This document shows, in pieces, positions 61,101 to 64,000 of a stretch of 64,000 bases of DNA; position 1 is the stretch's first letter; each line of letters opens with the position of its first letter. The notes under the pieces are model-generated. The model was not told the origin of the DNA and searched no databases. It saw only the letters and a program-made list of their open reading frames with translations. Position numbers and translations under genes: made by a program. This stretch comes from Ascidiella aspersa (Eukaryota), in contig OZ004609.1 in NCBI GenBank assembly GCA_963924565.1, positions 25,916,001 to 25,980,000 of the forward strand, read 5' to 3'.

Positions 61101-63740
61101 TAGACTGCGATTTGCATGCAATCCGTTAGTGATACCACAGCTAGAGTCGGGATAGTCGCGCAATAGGTATGTCTGATACTTAGCATTTATTCCAATACTC
61201 AATATTTTTGACGTATCGCCCGATCCGATACCAAATGATGTCATTAGTAGTATGTTCAAATAAGCGCAATAGATATCATTGAAAAGTTCGAAGCAATATT
61301 TTCCATATTATTAGACCAAACTTTGCTTTAGCGTTAAGAAGTTCTGTTACCAGCAGTTGTCAATCTACTACTTTTACAAAATTATTGCGTTGAATCGCAA
61401 ATCATGGCTGAAATTTATGTATTAATTTGGTATCAGTTGATAACACCCTGGTATCGGACGAGTAGCAATACTCCCACATGGCATTGTGTATCGGCTCCGA
61501 TCGATAGTATCGGACATCCCTAGTCGCGTGTATGGGGGAGCTGCCGCCACTGACATTTGGCACAATTCCCACTAATTAATCCAGTGCCTTTCTGCTCGCA
61601 GTCAACGCACGACACCGCCTCGCAGATGGTTTGGCTGGACTACACACTGAACGGCAAGGCGAACCGCAGCTGCGTCAACTTCTTCCTCAACCCTGGCCAA
61701 AGCCAAAATATCGCCATCACCTTTTCACCGCAAGAAGACGCACACTCGTCCACTGTGATTTTACTCCGGTGAGCCTAGCGGTCCGTGAAAGCTGGCGCGT
61801 CGTTTATTATCACATTAAGATAAAACAAAATATCCTCGTACGTTATCAAAAGGGCTATTACGCTCATAAGCATTATTTTTCGCTCGTCGAACCATTCGTA
61901 GTTAAACGTTCTTCACCAGAAATAGGTTGTGCGTTACCATTATGGTTGAAATAGTTGACCACTAAGCTAAGGTAATTTTTATTAAATTGCGATTTTACCT
62001 TACCTTTTATGAGAAATAAGTCCTTTCCACTGTTTTTTGTTTGCTTTGGGTTCATGTTATGTGAAATAACAAATATACGATACGAGTAACTTTTGAGGTG
62101 AACTTTTATTTTTAAAAATGATTAGCTTATATTGGGTTTTGGGACTTTATGGAAAATAGCGGACCGCAATTAACATTTTTGCGCAACAGACTGGACTTCA
62201 ACCTGCTTCCAACAACTACCTGAGCGCGTATCATTTTGATCAGCTTCCGTTCTCAAAAAAAATAGTTTAATACATTACCGGCGTGGTCAAACGTCTACAT
62301 TGCTTACAGAAACAACCTTACTGTGCTCGAAGCACTTTTGGTGCAAGGCACTGGCGTTAAAGAAGAACTCAAGCTGGGAGGAAAGCTCTCCAACAAGAGG
62401 GAATCGCTCCGCTTCAAGCTCACCGAAAGCCTACTGCGGGACTGTTTGCGTAAGTCTGGCTTTTTTTTATGTGTGTCGCCCTTTTTCTGTTTGACAGAAA
62501 TTATTGGCAAGTTGATTCACTGGCACTAGCAGAGTAGTAAGTAATAGCACCCAACCCATAAACGTGCACACCAAAAATACCATGCACCATTACATATTTT
62601 TCTCAGTGTTTGTTTGATTTAAATATTTTAACTGAATTTTCTGGTTGGATTTGAAATGGACATATTTCCTATTAAGGGATGTTCAAAACCCTAAGTTGTT
62701 TCGTTTTTGTTCAGAGATATATAGATCAAGTATAACACCCAACCGGCGCTACTTTTTACTCGTGAATTACGATTAGTTTTAGATAATTTATACCCCTGTC
62801 CCCAACATGGCCGAGGCCACGAATTCAAACTGCATTGCAGTCTTTTCTACGGTTGATCAAATGCTTGCATCTCTGTACGTGGAGAGGTTTCAATTTCCCT
62901 AAGACAAGTGTAATTTTTAATTTAGTTTAATCCAAGGGTCGGGAACCTTTTCAGCTACGGAAGCCATAAATATATAAAATATTCTTAGTTGTATTTTCAT
63001 GAGAGCCACATAACACGTTTTTAATATCTTAGTAGGAGGTTGAAAAAATAAAAATCAAATAAAAAAAATAGTAAATTGGGCAGGGTCGTTAACTTTGTTC
63101 ACATTTAAAGGACAAAACATACTTAGCACGAATAAATAAATTGATATTACGGAGTTTCGTTGGAAACAACAGGGCCTTTTGGGATGTAAAGAGATGGCCT
63201 CAAACGAGATAACAGTCGCGAAAAAACAAATACGATTCGCGCAAATCGCCGAAAAATTTGCTTCTATGCGTGTTAAAAAAAGGGAAAAAATAGGTTAGGA
63301 AAGCGGTCGTGGCCGCATGCAGTTTCATTCAGATCATGCTGAGAAATAATAGCTTAGATTTATCTGCCAGCAAGATGATATTCCTTTATCAAAAGAGTCA
63401 TATGGCGTCACAAAAAGAGCCATATATGGCTCGCCAGCGATAGGTTCCCGATCCCTGGTCTATCTAAGATAGGCTGTACCTTGGCGCTATTCGCATAACA
63501 AACAGTCATAAAAAGATATAGCTTAAAATCTGCTCTTCACCCTTTAACAGCCGAAAACCGCAAGGAGGCGCCCACGTTCACGGTACGGAAGTCGTTCACG
63601 GCCAAGAACCTCGGCTTGCTGCCGCTGCAGGTGGTTTACACAATGGTGGATAACTTTCCGTGCGAGGGATACGGCTTTCGTGTGCTCGAGTGCGAACGCT
63701 ACCTGCTCCAGCCGAACGCGACGCGCGACATAATTATTGC
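33991..63740 (+). CDS. TMEM131: Transmembrane protein 131 (RW1; PapD-like Ig-domain collagen-secretion factor), 3'-partial, 26 coding exons in window
   Basis: join(33991-34117,35296-35348,35569-35609,35685-35747,35817-35940,36198-36311,36650-36772,36959-37039,39192-39342,39858-39914,40761-40931,44721-44829,45272-45434,46594-46791,48380-48484,50274-50390,51239-51343,52051-52137,54084-54181,56429-56556,57201-57318,59003-59144,59871-60053,61602-61768,62310-62449,63551-63740) = 3155 nt, open and phase-consistent. Collinear with vertebrate TMEM131 motifs as I recall them (IRFDPPFLDF.QPVG, VVFLARTVGNVENTLFINT, PNPYRLRP, WEIPPYETK, LPVEVEV, LDFGTLRT, KIYFDP, RNNLTV, CEGYGF). Confidence 0.96.
35296..35348 (+). 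CDS. TMEM131: TMEM131 exon 2
   Basis: ttgcag|AT..CAG|gtac; DYLNTNGHDSNEALFARQ. Confidence 0.72.
35569..35609 (+). CDS. TMEM131: TMEM131 exon 3
   Basis: ttatag|ACG..AT|gtaag; TQKIDAQNLPFGD. Confidence 0.72.
35685..35747 (+). CDS. TMEM131: TMEM131 exon 4
   Basis: tttcag|A..CA|gtaag; NVLSLLDRIRFDPPFLDFGS. Confidence 0.9.
35817..35940 (+). CDS. TMEM131: TMEM131 exon 5
   Basis: QPVGVPVTKLVYLYNPSETQPLQLVSISARTSHFHSSFFDEK|gtag. Confidence 0.95.
36198..36311 (+). CDS. TMEM131: TMEM131 exon 6
   Basis: TVLSKCNTSFEVVFLARTVGNVENTLFINTAIGTFSYQ|gtaag. Confidence 0.95.
36650..36772 (+). CDS. TMEM131: TMEM131 exon 7
   Basis: VFGIGTPNPYRLRPYLGAKVSLNSSFSPLISMHNPTGTSLQ|gtttg. Confidence 0.95.
36959..37039 (+). 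CDS. TMEM131: TMEM131 exon 8
   Basis: ITEIYTSSGYLHLQLPTGQHEATKKAW|gtaag. Confidence 0.95.
37090..37650 (-). pseudogene. Possible heavily decayed hAT transposase N-terminal fragment
   Basis: Minus-strand patches CQNQILHKTDLKRFHSSTKHNN, ARLIAAHTN/NACNH, KL../CTKFV, LEKCFRICGINI resemble, in the expected order, zinc-finger and H.S..A.DH / KLHRTKC motifs of hAT transposases; many frameshifts. Confidence 0.35.
39192..39342 (+). CDS. TMEM131: TMEM131 exon 9
   Basis: EIPPYETKLLMRASFLGQVADNHTAYIRIRTNHTDATQYLILPVEVEVSS|gtggg. Confidence 0.95.
39858..39914 (+). CDS. TMEM131: TMEM131 exon 10
   Basis: TPGIYSSLDVLDFGTLRTK|gtaag. Confidence 0.95.
40478..40724. mobile_element. Ac-type hAT MITE, same family as 61164-61522
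   Basis: Starts TAGGGATGTCCGATACTTGGCATT, ends CACCCCTA; shares GATCCGATACC.AATGATGTCATTA core with the 61164 copy; no clear TSD. Confidence 0.8.
40761..40931 (+). CDS. TMEM131: TMEM131 exon 11
   Basis: DEAKVLNLFLLNSGKKEVQVSSIQAQPENPALKVDFRPIKLKPSEAVYTRVANISFD|gtaag. Confidence 0.94.
42121..43329. mobile_element. Non-autonomous hAT (Buster/Charlie-type) DNA transposon, 1209 bp
   Basis: 17-bp TIRs CAGGGGACGGCAAATAC / GTATTTGCGGACCCCTG (15/17), subterminal GGTCGCG repeats at both ends, perfect 8-bp TSD AGTTAACT (42113-42120 and 43330-43337) with central TA. Confidence 0.92.
43358..43762 (+). repeat. Tandem duplication, two diverged copies of a ~230 bp unit
   Basis: TAAGGATTTGTC at 43361 and 43591; GTGCCCA.GGTTTTCAAGAAGTTG...ATTAGGCTGTTTTT at ~43470 and ~43696. 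Confidence 0.9.
44721..44829 (+). CDS. TMEM131: TMEM131 exon 12
   Basis: VRPVTSESQWSGKIIIRTKEKSYAKISIPYQANILNG|gtacg (not the frame of the supplied 44653 ORF). Confidence 0.93.
45272..45434 (+). CDS. TMEM131: TMEM131 exon 13
   Basis: TIGYNESDTFFHIPTKSKTPPSGLVRHIALTNTFDFPVILHRLELPDDATSFYQ|gtcag. Confidence 0.93.
45512..45623. mobile_element. Short related TAGGGATG/CCGATAC MITE remnant
   Basis: Starts TAGGGATGT; repeated (C)CGATAC/GTATCGG motifs; degenerate right end. Confidence 0.6.
46150..46570. repeat. Unclassified MITE-like interspersed repeat
   Basis: Clustered CCGAATC/GAATCGG/GGACTCG motifs at both ends, TGCGCATGCGCA palindrome and internal hairpins; termini not resolved. Confidence 0.35.
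46594..46791 (+). CDS. TMEM131: TMEM131 exon 14
   Basis: ISDFDSPVTIGSQETAACFTLKC...LVLHTNVSTFSLPLQIFTGFLK|gtcgg. Confidence 0.9.
46783..47342 (+). repeat. Imperfect tandem repeat, ~2.4 copies of a 200-260 bp unit
   Basis: TTGCCAGTAATTCT recurs at ~46799, ~47002 and ~47262; TTTTTAATACTTCTATC...GTTGGACTCGTTTTGAGG recurs at ~46943 and ~47188. Confidence 0.9.
48380..48484 (+). CDS. TMEM131: TMEM131 exon 15
   Basis: FKVASGNVQDLDFGIMSTQDRREVLLQVFNHNPLS|gtaag. Confidence 0.92.
49529..49826. mobile_element. Degenerate Charlie-type hAT MITE
   Basis: Left end CAGCGGTCGCAAAGTTATGGCCCGAGGG after GCCTAGAG (NNNTANNN); right end with CCGGCCC repeats and CGGCCCTTTATGAAAACAGTTTGG, typical Charlie-MITE architecture; right TIR decayed. 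Confidence 0.55.
50274..50390 (+). CDS. TMEM131: TMEM131 exon 16
   Basis: ISLLNINSTVKGVSVRLLSLSTGTGEEIEPTQLNAHFPK|gtaag. Confidence 0.85.
51239..51343 (+). CDS. TMEM131: TMEM131 exon 17
   Basis: FVLPPDSCVSFQVELEAPGVETLLNGTLNLYTKFE|gtgag. Confidence 0.9.
52051..52137 (+). CDS. TMEM131: TMEM131 exon 18
   Basis: VLKIAIHAKIAIGALTIKPSRIKFAPAFP|gtaag. Confidence 0.93.
53251..53879 (+). mobile_element. Internally deleted hAT Buster/Charlie transposon with decayed transposase C-terminus
   Basis: TIRs CAGGGGTTCTCAACCT / AGGTTGCGAACCCCTG; TSD GTCTAGCG/GCCTAGCG; ~53345-53642 reads (with frameshifts and stops) FEKDSLTTFWAKLSNLYP/KLNEIVMPLLLPFSSTYRCECGFSTMMLLKTK*R...DMRLAFS...KQPQLSH*, the hAT dimerisation region of Buster/ZBED5-like transposases. 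Confidence 0.92.
54084..54181 (+). CDS. TMEM131: TMEM131 exon 19
   Basis: GMTVHHSISITSSFSQSAKIEALASPDKRFYY(R)|gtgag. Confidence 0.93.
54900..55995 (-). mobile_element. Decayed Penelope-like retroelement (RT thumb + GIY-YIG endonuclease) with inverted pseudo-LTRs
   Basis: Minus strand, several frames: DRYVNFRSKHLLEHKPSVVYTLLHRAAKLC; IIRYIPGLADKLKRIL; KCQGAVYEIPCGGCSATYIGETKRSFHTRKLEHKKSV; ALAEHVVEL*HRMFWDECKFLDWELNYYKRR. Flanked by an inverted repeat (55033-55084 vs 55853-55900). Confidence 0.9.
54950..54993 (-). ncRNA. Minimal type I hammerhead ribozyme motif (probably inactivated) in the Penelope pseudo-LTR
   Basis: Minus strand AACC-CUGAUGA-GGCCAGC-UUGUAUCU-GCUGCC-AAAA-CGUC-GGUU: stem I AACC/GGUU, core CUGAUGA, stem II, palindromic ACGU, GUC cleavage triplet; conserved GAAA reads AAAA. 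Confidence 0.75.
56429..56556 (+). CDS. TMEM131: TMEM131 exon 20
   Basis: KLKNVVGELEPNKEVRVGKIYFDPRQDCKPDRCYAGLPTSTT|gtaag. Confidence 0.94.
57201..57318 (+). CDS. TMEM131: TMEM131 exon 21
   Basis: VGHHWLTTLSLGKEAPDVDLKLYKTLQERWKSLQKENAT|gtgag. Confidence 0.9.
57433..57532 (+). repeat. Dispersed ~100 bp repeat, copy 2
   Basis: Same-orientation match to 28605-28705. Confidence 0.85.
59003..59144 (+). CDS. TMEM131: TMEM131 exon 22
   Basis: FNATFQLSTSLIRDYEFFALASLYWPTLVNLDEPEYKFPLTHVGKQA|gtgag. Confidence 0.93.
59871..60053 (+). CDS. TMEM131: TMEM131 exon 23
   Basis: VNEITLHNPSDSPIILQILPLSIYPQPQAVLKALG...FSIAAPPNS|gtaag. Confidence 0.93.
61164..61522. mobile_element. Ac-type hAT MITE (TAGGGATG termini, CCGATAC subterminal repeats)
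   Basis: TAGGTATGTCTGATAC ... GTATCGGACATCCCTA; flanks GTCGCGCA(A)/GTCGCGTG resemble a decayed 8-bp TSD; internally homologous to 40478-40724. Confidence 0.85.
61602..61768 (+). CDS. TMEM131: TMEM131 exon 24
   Basis: STHDTASQMVWLDYTLNGKANRSCVNFFLNPGQSQNIAITFSPQEDAHSSTVILL(R)|gtgag. Confidence 0.92.
62310..62449 (+). CDS. TMEM131: TMEM131 exon 25
   Basis: NNLTVLEALLVQGTGVKEELKLGGKLSNKRESLRFKLTESLLRDCL|gtaag. Confidence 0.95.
62933..63457. mobile_element. Non-autonomous hAT Buster/Charlie-type element
   Basis: TIRs CAAGGGTCGGGAACCT / AGGTTCCCGATCCCTG; subterminal GAGCCA motifs; degenerate TSD GTTTAATC/GTCTATCT. Confidence 0.82.
63551..63740 (+). CDS. TMEM131: TMEM131 exon 26
   Basis: PENRKEAPTFTVRKSFTAKNLGLLPLQVVYTMVDNFPCEGYGFRVLECERYLLQPNATRDIII|gtaag. 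Confidence 0.95.
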
Positions 63741-64000
63741 GTAAGTTTACTTTCTGTTTTTTTTTTTCACGCGGCGGAATGAAGGGTCTGGGGTGATTTT
63801 GTTGATAAAATTTTGGAAATTATGTGATATGTGATTGGTAAAGTATAGGATTGGTTTCCGAACAGTTTTAACTGATTACTTGGAAGTGGTATTAAGTGAC
63901 GACTGAGCATTATTGCAATATAGGTTTGCATGAGTTAGAACTACACAAGTTAAGTCAATGTTATTAGAAGTGTTTTTCTGACAATGACTAGACTAAAACC

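Overview
Eukaryotic (animal) genomic DNA, most likely an invertebrate chordate such as an ascidian (inferred from protein divergence, a vertebrate-like Dach C-terminal motif and intron density; not proven). Two spliced + strand genes fill the window. (1) A dachshund/DACH homolog: 15 coding exons from 2006 to the stop at 30934, about 605 aa, with the N-terminal exon(s) upstream of the window and an 11.8-kb CpG-rich intron after DD1. (2) TMEM131: 26 coding exons from ATG 33991 to 63740, about 1051 codons, continuing past the window end. All reconstructed junctions are GT-AG and phase-consistent. TMEM131 introns carry several hAT (Buster/Charlie and Ac-type) non-autonomous elements with TIRs/TSDs, decayed transposase fragments, local tandem duplications, and a decayed Penelope-like retroelement flanked by inverted pseudo-LTRs, each holding a hammerhead-ribozyme remnant. 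The most unusual large-scale signal is a sharp compositional domain over only the 5' ~3 kb of TMEM131 (CpG-depleted, AT3-rich codons, tiny introns). I did not find a convincing novel multi-gene system. Nearly all ORFs in the supplied six-frame track are spurious or are exon read-throughs.
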